Assembly: GCA_013178005.1 (NCBI GenBank)
Contig: JABLXL010000002.1
Span: 15,220-79,219, forward strand
Source of the DNA: Actinomycetota bacterium
GTDB taxonomy: Bacteria; Actinomycetota; Geothermincolia; Geothermincolales; RBG-13-55-18
Direction of reading: 5' to 3'
Length of the DNA: 64,000 nt
Each line of letters opens with the position of its first letter. The stretch's first letter is position 1. The translations under genes were made by a program, and so were the position numbers. The notes beneath the pieces were generated by a model, which worked only from the letters and a program-made list of their open reading frames with translations, was not told where the DNA came from and did no database searches. Positions 40,283 through 49,514 of the stretch are shown here, piece by piece.

Positions 40283-42682
40283 ATGAGGGAGAGCGAGGTC
40301 ATATCGCCCGAGCGGATATGGCGTGCGTCGGACAAGCTCACGCCGCGGGTGCGCAGGCTGCGCGAGGAATATTATTCCATCGAGGAAAGGCCGTACTTCC
40401 GCAACGAGGTCATGCCCTTCACCACCGGGACGGACTGGGACGTGGTGTGGTCCCCGGTGAACTGGGGCATCATCCCCGAGCTGGTGCCCTTCATGGGGGC
40501 TTTCTCCGAGTCGTTGCGCGCATCGGCCCGCGTGGTGGACCTGCCGGACGGCTTCTGGGGGCGTTCGCTGGTCATGCGGAAGGCCCTTTTCTTCCGGGAG
40601 GTATGCCGCCGCCACCTGCCGGTGCGTATCCTGGAGGGCGAGCTCATCGTGGGAGGCCAGTTCAACACCGCGCTTTCCAGGTGCCTGAACCGTCGTGAGG
40701 CCAGGAAATGGAAGAAATCGGTGGATAAGTGGTGGAAGCGGGCGGCGGAGATAAACGAGCTGGGCATCGGCAACGCCGGAGCGGTGCCGGGCCACCTCAT
40801 CCCGGATTATCCCCGCGTGCTCAAGTCCGGCTTCTCGGGCATCCGCGCGGAGCTCGCGGAGATGCTCGCGAAGGTCGATGACGAGGCCCACGCCGATTTC
40901 CTGCGTGCCCTCATGGAATGCTGCGATGCCGCGCGGGAGATCGCGGCGCGCTACGCGGAGGAGGCCGACAGGCTTGCGGAGTCGGAAGCGGACGCGGCCA
41001 GGGCGGAGGAGCTGCGCGAGATAGCGCGCATCTGCCGCAAGGTGCCCTGGGAGCCGGCGGAGACTTTCCACGAGGCACTGCAGGCGCTGTGGTTCACGCA
41101 CATGCTGGTCATGGCCGCGGAGTCCTATCCCGGGGCGGGGCTCTCCCACGGGCGCTTCGACCAGTACATGCTTCCCTATTACCGGGCCGACCTGGAGGCC
41201 GGGAGGCTCACGCGCGAGCGGGCTAAGGAACTGCTCCAGTGCTATTGGATAAAGCACAATTACGCCTATGACTTCCAGTGCCGGGTGATGAACAACCAGG
41301 GTATCAACTCCGGCTTCGGGCAGCTCATCACCATCGGGGGGATAAACGCGGACGGAAGCGACGCCTCCAACGAGCTCACCTGGCTGATCCTCGAGGTCAT
41401 CGAGGAGATGAACATGCTCGAGCCCAAGCCCAATATCAGGCTGCATCAGGGGACCCCGGAGCCGCTCCTGCGCAGGGTGGCGGAGATGATCTCCGGGGCG
41501 CAGGGCTCCCCCTTCCTCATGAACTTCGACGAGAACTCCATGCGCGGGCTCGCTTGGCAGGGTCTGCCCGAGGACCGCCTCTGGGATTATGCCCCCGTGG
41601 GATGCCTGGAGAACACTCTCCAGGGGGACGACCGGTCCGGCACCGTGGACGTCAACGTCAACCTGGCCAAGGCGGTGGAGCTGGTTTTCTTCCGCGGCCG
41701 GGACGCAGCAACCGGAAGGCGCATCGGGCCGGATACGGGCAGGGTGGAAGACCTTTCCACCTGGGAGGATTTCAAGGCCGCCTTCGAGGCCCAGATGAAG
41801 GCGCTCATGGACCACATGCTCTCCATCAGCGACGAGGCCGACCGCATCCGCTCCACCTGGGAGCCCACCCCCTACCTCTCTACCCTGGTGGGGGGTTGCG
41901 CGGAGAGCGGTAAGGACATCACCCAGGGAGGGGCGCGCCACAACTACATCACCGTGGAGGGCGTGGCCTTCGCCACCGCGGCGGATTCCCTGGCGGCGGT
42001 GAAGAAGCTGGTTTACGAGGACGGCAGGATCAAGATGGATGATCTTTCCAGGGCCATACGGGAGAACTTCGAGGGCCACGAGGCGCTGCGCCAGACCCTG
42101 ATCAACAAGGCCCCCAAGTACGGCAACGACGACGATTACGCCGACGAGGTGGCGCGATACCTCTCGCGGCTGTGGACGGTGATGGTCAGCGAGCGCGTGT
42201 CCCCGGCCACCGGTAGGAGATACCGCGCCGGTTACCTCTCGTGGAATTACTGGATAGCCTTCGCTCCCGGCACGGCGGCCACGCCCGACGGCAGGAGGAA
42301 GGGGACCTTCCTTTCCAACGCCATCGGCCCCGTGGACGGGACGTGCCACAACGGCCCCACGGCGGAGCTCCTCTCCGTGGGCAAGATGGGCCTGGAGACG
42401 GCGCCCAACGGCGCCTCCCACACCATGAGCTTCAGCCCTTCCATGCTGCGCGACGAGGAGCACGTGTCCAAGCTCATGGCCTTCCTGCGCGCCTACGGCG
42501 AGAAGGGAGGCACGGCGCTGCAGGTGAACGTCATCGACCCGGAGACCCTGCGCGAGGCGCAGCGCAGGCCCGAGGATTACCGCAACCTGCTGGTGCGCGT
42601 TACCGGATACAACGCGTATTTCGTCATGCTGGGCCGGGAGATGCAGGATGAGATCATCGCGAGGGAATCCCATGAGCTCTGA
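40283..42682 (+). CDS. glycyl radical enzyme (PFL2/dehydratase-eliminase-like subclass), substrate unknown
   Basis: The C-terminal glycyl-radical motif is RVTGYNAYFV. The catalytic-loop Cys is followed by Glu (VGCLEN), as in glycerol/propanediol/choline/hydroxyproline GRE eliminases. The protein is about 800 aa. An RBS (GGAGGTGCGGAGAGG) precedes the start. The co-located activase gene overlaps its 3' end. Confidence 0.9.
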   Translation: MRESEVISPERIWRASDKLTPRVRRLREEYYSIEERPYFRNEVMPFTTGTDWDVVWSPVNWGIIPELVPFMGAFSESLRASARVVDLPDGFWGRSLVMRKALFFREVCRRHLPVRILEGELIVGGQFNTALSRCLNRREARKWKKSVDKWWKRAAEINELGIGNAGAVPGHLIPDYPRVLKSGFSGIRAELAEMLAKVDDEAHADFLRALMECCDAAREIAARYAEEADRLAESEADAARAEELREIARICRKVPWEPAETFHEALQALWFTHMLVMAAESYPGAGLSHGRFDQYMLPYYRADLEAGRLTRERAKELLQCYWIKHNYAYDFQCRVMNNQGINSGFGQLITIGGINADGSDASNELTWLILEVIEEMNMLEPKPNIRLHQGTPEPLLRRVAEMISGAQGSPFLMNFDENSMRGLAWQGLPEDRLWDYAPVGCLENTLQGDDRSGTVDVNVNLAKAVELVFFRGRDAATGRRIGPDTGRVEDLSTWEDFKAAFEAQMKALMDHMLSISDEADRIRSTWEPTPYLSTLVGGCAESGKDITQGGARHNYITVEGVAFATAADSLAAVKKLVYEDGRIKMDDLSRAIRENFEGHEALRQTLINKAPKYGNDDDYADEVARYLSRLWTVMVSERVSPATGRRYRAGYLSWNYWIAFAPGTAATPDGRRKGTFLSNAIGPVDGTCHNGPTAELLSVGKMGLETAPNGASHTMSFSPSMLRDEEHVSKLMAFLRAYGEKGGTALQVNVIDPETLREAQRRPEDYRNLLVRVTGYNAYFVMLGREMQDEIIARESHEL

Positions 42683-43625
42683 GCCGGACGCCGTGACCGG
42701 GGTGGTCTTCAACCTGCAGCGGTATTCCACCGAGGACGGCCCCGGCATCCGCACCACCGTTTTCCTCAAGGGATGCCCCATGCGCTGTCCCTGGTGCCAT
42801 AACCCGGAAGGCCTGGCGAGGGACCCCCAGTTGGTCTGGTACGAGGTGCGCTGCATAGGAGCGCACGACTGTCTGGCCGCCTGCCCGCGCGGGGCCCTGA
42901 CCCTAACCCCCGAGGGCATGGTGATCGACAGGGAGCGCTGCGACGCCTGCGGGAGGTGCGAGGAGGCCTGTCCCGCCGCCGCCCTGGAGGTCATCGGAAA
43001 GGTGAGGACGGTTGAGGACGTGGCGGCCGAGGCGTTGAGGGACCGCGTCTTCTACGAAAAGTCGGGGGGAGGGGTGACCCTCTCCGGGGGGGAGCCCGCG
43101 CTGCAGTTCGACTTCGCCCTCTCGCTCATGCGCAAGCTGCGCGACGAGGGGGTGCACCTGGCCCTGGACACCTGCGGCGGGGTGAGCTGGGAGAGGCTGG
43201 GGCCCCTGGTGGAGCTCGCGGACCTGGTGCTGTTCGACCTCAAGGTCATGGACGCGGAAAAGCACCGCGCCTACACCGCGGTCCCGCTAGCGCTGGTGCT
43301 GGACAACGCGCGCGCCGTGTCCCGCGCCGGAAAACCGATGTGGGTACGCACCCCGATCATCCCCGGGTACACCGACGGCGAGGAGAACGTGAGGGCCATA
43401 GCCCGCTTCATCAGGGACGAGCTTCCCGCCGTGGAGAGGTACGACCTGCTTGCCTTCAACAACACCTGCGACGCCAAGTACCGGCGCCTGGACATGGTCT
43501 TTCCCCTCGCCGGGGAGGGGCTGATAGCGGAGGACTGGATGGCCCGGCTTGCCGAGGCGGCCGAGGACGAGGGTCTGAGCATCGCCCGCTGGTCGGGGGC
43601 GACGGCGAGGGCGAAGGGGGGATGA
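42672..43625 (+). CDS. glycyl-radical-enzyme activating enzyme (radical SAM with two extra ferredoxin-like 4Fe-4S motifs)
   Basis: CPMRCPWCHNPE is the radical SAM CxxxCxxC motif. CLAACPRGAL and CDACGRCEEACP are additional cluster motifs typical of GRE activases of the dehydratase class. Confidence 0.9.
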   Translation: MSSEPDAVTGVVFNLQRYSTEDGPGIRTTVFLKGCPMRCPWCHNPEGLARDPQLVWYEVRCIGAHDCLAACPRGALTLTPEGMVIDRERCDACGRCEEACPAAALEVIGKVRTVEDVAAEALRDRVFYEKSGGGVTLSGGEPALQFDFALSLMRKLRDEGVHLALDTCGGVSWERLGPLVELADLVLFDLKVMDAEKHRAYTAVPLALVLDNARAVSRAGKPMWVRTPIIPGYTDGEENVRAIARFIRDELPAVERYDLLAFNNTCDAKYRRLDMVFPLAGEGLIAEDWMARLAEAAEDEGLSIARWSGATARAKGG

Positions 43626-43628
43626 GGG

Positions 43629-44423
43629 ATGGAGATGCCCAAGGAGGTCCTGGACCTGTTCGCGGAGGAGATGGCCGCGAAGTTCCTTGCCACCGTGGAT
43701 CCCGAGGGAAAGCCCAACGTGGCCCTGATCGTGACCCTGCAGCCTCCGCCGGACGGCAGGCGCGACAGGCTCATCTTCGGTGAGTTCCTGATGTGGAAGA
43801 GCAAGGAGTACCTGCGGGATAACCCCAGGGTGGCCGCGGCGGTGGTGAACACCAAGCTGCGCATGGCCTCCCTCACCGGCGACTTCCGGGGTTTCGAGAA
43901 GACCGGTCTCTACAAGGACGCCCTTGATTCCTCTCCTCTCATGCGCTACAACGCCTATTCCGGAGTGAGGGCCGCCGGGGTGATCGACGTGCGCGAGGTG
44001 TGGCCGGCGCGCTCCGCGTCCATGGCCGCGGTGCCCCTCGACTTCCTTCGCGTGAGGGCGCACCGGCGGGTGGAGGAAAACGGCTCGGTGCCCGTTCCGC
44101 CCATGGTGCGGGAGAAGTTCGTCAAGCTCACCTCGGTGAAGGCGCTGGCGGTCATGGGCGATGACGGTTACCCCCGCATATACCCGGTCATGGCGGCCTC
44201 GCCGGCGGGGAGGGGGGGATTCGCCCTACGCGTGACCTCGTACAATCGCGAGCTCGCCCAGGTGGAGGTCCCGTGTCCGGCGGCGCTTTGCGTGCTCACC
44301 TTCGACGTCAAAAGCTACAAGGTTAAGGGCGAACTCCATCCCCTAGGCCGCAGCACGATGCTCTTCCGCGTCAAGGAGGTCTATAACGCCATGCCTCCCC
44401 TGGCCGGAGACCTCATCGTATAG
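43629..44423 (+). CDS. pyridoxamine-5'-phosphate-oxidase-like (split-barrel FMN/F420-binding) family protein, tandem-domain
   Basis: Two halves each resemble the PNPOx-like split barrel (FLATVDPEGKPNVALIV..., ...LAVMGDDGYPRIYPVMA...). A GGGGGGATGAGGG RBS precedes the start. Confidence 0.5.
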   Translation: MEMPKEVLDLFAEEMAAKFLATVDPEGKPNVALIVTLQPPPDGRRDRLIFGEFLMWKSKEYLRDNPRVAAAVVNTKLRMASLTGDFRGFEKTGLYKDALDSSPLMRYNAYSGVRAAGVIDVREVWPARSASMAAVPLDFLRVRAHRRVEENGSVPVPPMVREKFVKLTSVKALAVMGDDGYPRIYPVMAASPAGRGGFALRVTSYNRELAQVEVPCPAALCVLTFDVKSYKVKGELHPLGRSTMLFRVKEVYNAMPPLAGDLIV

Positions 44424-44544
44424 AGACACGACTCTCCCCAAGGCCTCCCTTTTTCCGCCAGGTCAAGCGTCGATATGTTGCTCGCTCTTGCCCGCTTCTT
44501 CCGGAAAAGCAAGCAACAAGCGAAGACGCGGACATATTTCGCTT

Positions 44545-45630
44545 TCAGTAATTGCCGAGGAGGCTGAAGCCGGGAAGGTTGAAGGGGAACTTGGCTCCCC
44601 GCTTCACTCCCAGGGCCACCATCTTCGCCAGGCGCTGCGGCCCGATCAGCCTGAGTTGAGACTCGAGCAGGCTGACCTGGGGCCTGATCTTGTACCAGAC
44701 GTGTTTTTTAAAAAGGAAACCCGCCTTGAAGCCGCGGTTGAAGCGCTCGAAGTCCTCAAGCGCCTTCGCCCGGTCATATACGGCCATGGCCGCGACCTTG
44801 CCCGAGACCAGCGCGCCGAGGATGCCGAACCAGAAGAAGGGGTCCATGGCGCCGCTGATGGTGCCGCATAGGATGAGATCGCGGTGGAAGAGGCGGGGGT
44901 TGTCGGGGGCCGCGATGGGCACGGCGCCGGAGACGTAGCGCCATTCCCGGTGCTCCACCCCCTCGTGGTGGACCATGAAGTCGCTGTATTTCCTGAGAGC
45001 CGCCCGGTCTATGGGGCGAATGGAGAAGAGGAGGTCGAAGTAGAAGTTATTGCACGAGCTGAGGTAGCCGTATTCGCTGATGACCTCGTCTATCCAGATC
45101 CAGGAGATGTTGCTGAAGCCTATCTCGCCGCGGGATATCCAGCCGTACCAGCGCAGGTAGGGGATGTCCAGCATCTCGTAGACGCTGGGGGTGAGCCCGC
45201 AGGCCACGATGGTGTTCTCGGGCAGGTTGGGTAGGTCTTCCTTCCTCAACGGGGAGTCGAACTCGAACTCCACGCCCAGCTTGACCGCCTCGTCGTAGAG
45301 CAGGGTGTCCAGGCTGGTGGGCCGGTTCCCCCTTTCCACCGTGTACATGTCCAGTTCATCCACGGGGGCCTCCAGCACCGTCTCGTGGAAGTAGAACGGG
45401 CAGCGCGCCAGCCGGTGGAAGACGGAGGAGAGGTCGATACCCACGTATTCCGAGGTGCGCTCCACGTCGATGCCGGTGGTGTGGGTGGAGGGGTTGTAGA
45501 TTGAATCGCCCCCGTACCCCTTCTCCCTGTCGTGCACCACCACGCCGTAGCCCTTGCGCGCCAGGTCGATGGCGGCCACCAAGCCGGACATGCCTGCGCC
45601 GTAGATGGTGACGTCCGCTTTGCTCGCCAA
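44545..45630 (-). CDS. FAD/NAD(P)-dependent oxidoreductase (geranylgeranyl-reductase-like)
   Basis: VTIYGAGMSGLVAAIDLARKGYGVVVHDRE is a dinucleotide-binding motif. A probable TTG start lies 6 nt after an AAGGAGG RBS. The track ORF extends to 45684. Confidence 0.65.
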   Translation of the reverse strand: MASKADVTIYGAGMSGLVAAIDLARKGYGVVVHDREKGYGGDSIYNPSTHTTGIDVERTSEYVGIDLSSVFHRLARCPFYFHETVLEAPVDELDMYTVERGNRPTSLDTLLYDEAVKLGVEFEFDSPLRKEDLPNLPENTIVACGLTPSVYEMLDIPYLRWYGWISRGEIGFSNISWIWIDEVISEYGYLSSCNNFYFDLLFSIRPIDRAALRKYSDFMVHHEGVEHREWRYVSGAVPIAAPDNPRLFHRDLILCGTISGAMDPFFWFGILGALVSGKVAAMAVYDRAKALEDFERFNRGFKAGFLFKKHVWYKIRPQVSLLESQLRLIGPQRLAKMVALGVKRGAKFPFNLPGFSLLGNY

Positions 45631-45715
45631 GTCTTCCTCCTTTCCCTTGCCCCTCCCGGACGCGGCGTCGCACGCCGTACACATATTAACATTTATGTAT
45701 CCCTGGGGGCAGCGC

Positions 45716-45900
45716 TAAGAATAGGGTCGTAAGAATAGGGTCGTATCTTGAATTTTTCCTCGCTCTGCTTAAGCGTGGCTCTTCGCCGCAAAGCGTTGGC
45801 AATACGCTTCGACTCCTAAGAATGGGGTCGTATCTTGAATTTTTCCTCGCTCTGCTTAAGCGTGGCTCTTCGCCGCAAAGCGTTGGCAATACGCTTCGAC
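45716..45900. repeat. tandem repeat (2 x ~100 bp) sharing the GGGTCGTATCTT...TTTTTC head motif with the 4.4-kb array
   Basis: agaatggggtcgtatcttgaatttttcctcgctctgcttaagcgtggctcttcgccgcaaagcgttggcaatacgcttcgactcct is repeated. It contains an internal palindrome gcgtattgccaacgc-like region (gcaaagcgttggcaatacgcttcg). Confidence 0.7.
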
Positions 45901-46029
45901 TCCTGTTTTCAACCCGTGCCTGGAGCTCAACCACCGGTTATTTCTCGGCCAGCGTCGAGCCCGTCCGTCTTTTCCGCCCGCATTCCCGGGAGAAGAACCA
46001 AAATCCTTAATATGTCCGTCTGTCGCTCA

Positions 46030-46380
46030 TCTGCTAAACACAACAGAAAAACAGCCTTATGACCGCTTGCATTGGCCGATGGCCCTGGCCTCCAGTCCTC
46101 AGGCCGATGGCCAGCCTTGACCCCGAGGCCTACTGCTCAGCTGCTTAACACACCAGAAAAAGCGGCCTTATAACCGCTTTAATTGGCCGATAGCCCCGGC
46201 CACCAGTCCTCAGGCCTATGGCCAGCCTTGACCCCGAGGCCTACTCAGGCCTATGGCCAGCCTTGACCCCGAGGCCTACTGCTCAGCTGCTTAACACACC
46301 AGAAAAAGCGGCCTTATAACCGCTTTAATTGGCCGATAGCCCCGGCCACCAGTCCTCAGGCCTATGGCCAGCCCCGACCC
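46030..46380. repeat. tandem repeat array (~3 copies of ~120 bp), each unit containing a hairpin
   Basis: Each unit reads ctgctcagctgcttaacacaccagaaaaagcggccttataaccgctttaattggccgatagccccggccaccagtcctcaggcctatggccagccttgaccccgaggcctact. The hairpin is aGCGGccttataaCCGCt. Confidence 0.75.
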
Positions 46381-46430
46381 CCAGGCCTAAGGCCCGAGGC
46401 GGGGAAGGGGGGAAGAGGGGTATATAATCT

Positions 46431-47774
46431 TTGCGGGGCCGGTGTGGGCTTGCGCGCCTTGCGGTGGGAGCATGGCGATCTCACCGGAGGCCTGCGGGGT
46501 TGAGAGCAACGGGGAAAGGGCGCGGACGCGACCCCCCGTACGCAGCCGCTGGTCGTGACGGTCAAGATAGAGAGGAGGAAGATACCCTGGAGGAGAAGGA
46601 GGGATACCGGCTTTCCAGGCCGCGCGCCAGGCGCGGGTTGGAGGAGGAGATCGCGCGTTTCTCCCTCGGTTATGCGCTCGGCGAGCGGGAGGGGTTGGTG
46701 GGTGTCTCCGCGAGGGGCCGGTTCCACGGGGACGTGGACGTGGCCTCCGTGAAGGCAGGCATATTCTCCGGGTCCATCGCGCCCGGCGACGAGGTTGAGG
46801 GTGAGGCCGTCGCCTCCGCCTACGCGGCGGTGTACATGCCGCGCGCGCATTATCCTCAGTACGTGCTGGGGGAGATGCGCGCCGCCCTCAGGCGCGGGGA
46901 AAGGGAGCCCGCGGCATCCCCGCATTTTCTTCCCGTCAGCAGGTTGCCCGCGTACCCGGATGGACGCAGGGCGTGTTTCCTTTATCCCCTTGGGAAAAAG
47001 GCATTCGACCGGCCGGATTTTCCCGCACACGTAAGGGACGTGCTTACCAGGGATTACCAGCGTCTACCGGTCCTCGTCCCTCCTGGCGTCGATATGCCGT
47101 CGGGTAGGGTGCGCTTTCGCGGCCGGCTCCTGCAGGTGGGGCGGGAGGTCGCCCACCGCCTGGCGGGGCTGGGTGACCGCTCCTACGAGTCCTATTCCTT
47201 GCGGGGGATGGTTGCCTTTCTTGAGCCATCCTGGATCGGGGAGGTGGACGGCGGCGTTTCCCTGCGCGGTTCCCTCTTCGCCGAGGCCTCCCTCCCGGTG
47301 GAAGTGTCATGGGATGAGGCGGCGGGCGCGCTGGAGAAGGCGGTGCGCATGTCGGTGGAGGGGGTGTTCCCGCCCTGCGAACGGGAAGACGAGCCGAGGG
47401 CCGATTGCGCGCTTCCCCACGGCGGCTACCACGTCACGCGTTTCCGCAGGCGCCTTTTCGCCGTGGTCTACGACCCGGTGATCGCGGTGTTTCGCGCGCC
47501 GCGCCTCCTGGGCATCTACCTCCCCTGCGACCTGCCGCGGGAGGAGGACGCGGCCGAGGCTTCGTTCGCGGCCTTCCTGGCGCGGTTGCGTTCGGCGCTC
47601 GAGGAGGGGCTGGGCCTTGCCGAGCCGGTGCAGGTGGAGATGGCCCACGACAACACCCTTTCCTGGGCCCGCGAGGGAGGAGCGCTGCGTGGCCCAGAAT
47701 TCGCGCGGGCAGAGGAAGAGCACGCCTTCCTCGCCCCCACCCTGCGCTGGCTACGCGGCGAACCGCTGCAATAG
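46431..47774 (+). CDS. hypothetical protein (no recognisable domain)
   Basis: A 447-aa ORF with protein-like composition, convergent with rnfB. The start is uncertain and the N-terminus is Arg/Gly-rich, so it may begin later. Confidence 0.4.
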   Translation: MRGRCGLARLAVGAWRSHRRPAGLRATGKGRGRDPPYAAAGRDGQDREEEDTLEEKEGYRLSRPRARRGLEEEIARFSLGYALGEREGLVGVSARGRFHGDVDVASVKAGIFSGSIAPGDEVEGEAVASAYAAVYMPRAHYPQYVLGEMRAALRRGEREPAASPHFLPVSRLPAYPDGRRACFLYPLGKKAFDRPDFPAHVRDVLTRDYQRLPVLVPPGVDMPSGRVRFRGRLLQVGREVAHRLAGLGDRSYESYSLRGMVAFLEPSWIGEVDGGVSLRGSLFAEASLPVEVSWDEAAGALEKAVRMSVEGVFPPCEREDEPRADCALPHGGYHVTRFRRRLFAVVYDPVIAVFRAPRLLGIYLPCDLPREEDAAEASFAAFLARLRSALEEGLGLAEPVQVEMAHDNTLSWAREGGALRGPEFARAEEEHAFLAPTLRWLRGEPLQ

Positions 47775-47983
47775 CGACCGAACACTAGAGCCTGGATGTG
47801 CGCCAATTCCCGTTGAAAACCGTCTTGCACTGTGGCTCGAAACCCTTATGCTCGATGGCCATACCGGAAACGGCGGAAAGGGTTTCGGCGCCGAGAGTAT
47901 GGCATGTTCACGGGGTACATGTCGTGGGATAACCGTCCGTCGGCGTTCGCGGTTCGCGCTGGCGATCAGCGGCCGGCAAGGGA

Positions 47984-48865
47984 CTATTGGTCAGAGCCCC
48001 GGTCGTCCCTTTTTCTCTTTTTTTCGGGGACGACGAACACGCCGCCCTCGGGGTGACCCTCTCGGGCCTCCCAGAGCTGGATGGAATCGGTGGGGCAGGC
48101 GGCGGCGCATTCGCCGCAGTTGGTGCACTTCTCGTAGTCTATAGAGGCGAAGCCGTTGCTCACGTGGATGGCGTCGGCGGGGCACACCTTCTCGCATTTC
48201 TTGCAACCGATGCAGGCCACCTTGCATACGCTCAAGGCCTTCTTTCCCGTGTACTGGCACTTGCAGCGCACGAATACGGTGGCTGACGCGGGCACCATCT
48301 GGATCAGGTCGCGTGGGCACACGTCTGCGCACAGCCCGCATCCGGTGCATTTCCTCACGTTGACGTGCCTTATGTGCTCCTCGTCGAAGGTGATGGCGTT
48401 GACGGGGCACACGTTCGCGCAGTCCTCCAGCCCGAGGCACCCGAAGGGGCATGCCTTGCCTCCGCCGGAGGCGATCTCGGCCGCGCGGCATGAGTTCACG
48501 CCCTGGTAAATGGCGCGGATGGGCGAGAGAGACTTTCCGCCCCGGCAGTGGATATGGGCCACCAGGGGCACGAGGGAGCCGACCTCGACCCCCATGATCC
48601 TCCCCACCTCCGCGGCCACGTCCGGCCCTCCCGCCTTGCATACGGTGACGGGGGCATCGCCTTTCACCACCGCCTCGGCGGCCGCCTCGCAGCCGGGGAG
48701 GCCGCACGCTCCGCAGTTGGAGCCCGGCAAGGCCTCCAGTACCTCGGCTACACGCGGATCCACCTCCACGTGAAAGCGTTTCGAGGCCACGGCGAGGATG
48801 GCTCCCAGCAGGGCCCCGAAGCCCGAGAGGGCTATGGCCGCTTTCCAGATCAGGGACCAGTCCAT
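47984..48865 (-). CDS. rnfB: Rnf electron-transport complex subunit B (polyferredoxin-type)
   Basis: An N-terminal TM anchor, a Cys cluster CGACGLPGC, and several 4Fe-4S ferredoxin motifs (CxxCxxCxxxCP x3-4) are present. It is the last gene of the rnf operon. Confidence 0.9.
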   Translation of the reverse strand: MDWSLIWKAAIALSGFGALLGAILAVASKRFHVEVDPRVAEVLEALPGSNCGACGLPGCEAAAEAVVKGDAPVTVCKAGGPDVAAEVGRIMGVEVGSLVPLVAHIHCRGGKSLSPIRAIYQGVNSCRAAEIASGGGKACPFGCLGLEDCANVCPVNAITFDEEHIRHVNVRKCTGCGLCADVCPRDLIQMVPASATVFVRCKCQYTGKKALSVCKVACIGCKKCEKVCPADAIHVSNGFASIDYEKCTNCGECAAACPTDSIQLWEAREGHPEGGVFVVPEKKRKRDDRGSDQ

Positions 48866-48887
48866 CCGTCGCTCCTTTATAGCTATC

Positions 48888-49511
48888 CTATAGTCCGAAC
48901 ATGCCTGCGAATCCCATGAAGGCCAGGGAGAAGAGGGCGGCAGCGATGAAGGCGATGGGCACGCCGCGGAAGAACTTGGGAACGGGCGCCAGGTCGAGGC
49001 GCTCGCGCATGGCGGCGAAGATGATGAGCACCAGGGAGAAGCCCACCGCCACCCCCAGGGTATAGACGACCGATTCCAGGAACCCGTAGTTATAGGCGAT
49101 GCTCAGCTTGGTGAAAAAGCCCGGCTTCACGCTCTCGGTGGCCGCGGCGAGCACGGCGCAGTTGGTGGTGATGAGGGGAAGGTAGATACCCATGGCCCGG
49201 TAGAGGGGTGGGCTGGTCTTCTTGATCACCATCTCCACGAACTGCACCAGACTGGCGATGACCAGGATGAAGGTGGGGATGTACAGGAACTGCCCCACCC
49301 CCAGGGGTTCCAGGGCGTAGTTCCATGCCAGCCAGCTCACCGAGGTGGCCATGACCATGACGAAGATGACGGAGATGCTCATACCCAGGGAGGTCTCCAG
49401 GCTGTTGGAGACCCCGAAGAAGGGGCAGAGGGCGATGAAGCGGATGAGCAGGATGTTGGCCACGATGGCGGCGCCGAAGAAGAGCAGGAAGTAACGCCAG
49501 GCCTCATGCAT
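48888..49511 (-). CDS. rnfA: Rnf complex subunit A
   Basis: A 207-aa polytopic membrane protein of the RnfA/NqrE family (…LGMSISVIFVM…TTNCAVL…). Confidence 0.9.
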   Translation of the reverse strand: MHEAWRYFLLFFGAAIVANILLIRFIALCPFFGVSNSLETSLGMSISVIFVMVMATSVSWLAWNYALEPLGVGQFLYIPTFILVIASLVQFVEMVIKKTSPPLYRAMGIYLPLITTNCAVLAAATESVKPGFFTKLSIAYNYGFLESVVYTLGVAVGFSLVLIIFAAMRERLDLAPVPKFFRGVPIAFIAAALFSLAFMGFAGMFGL

Positions 49512-49514
49512 CGC

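Noticed and set aside
40160-42994. 944-aa minus-strand ORF across the GRE gene
   Set aside because: It is antisense to a GRE with diagnostic Gly-radical and Cys motifs, and the translation has no domains.
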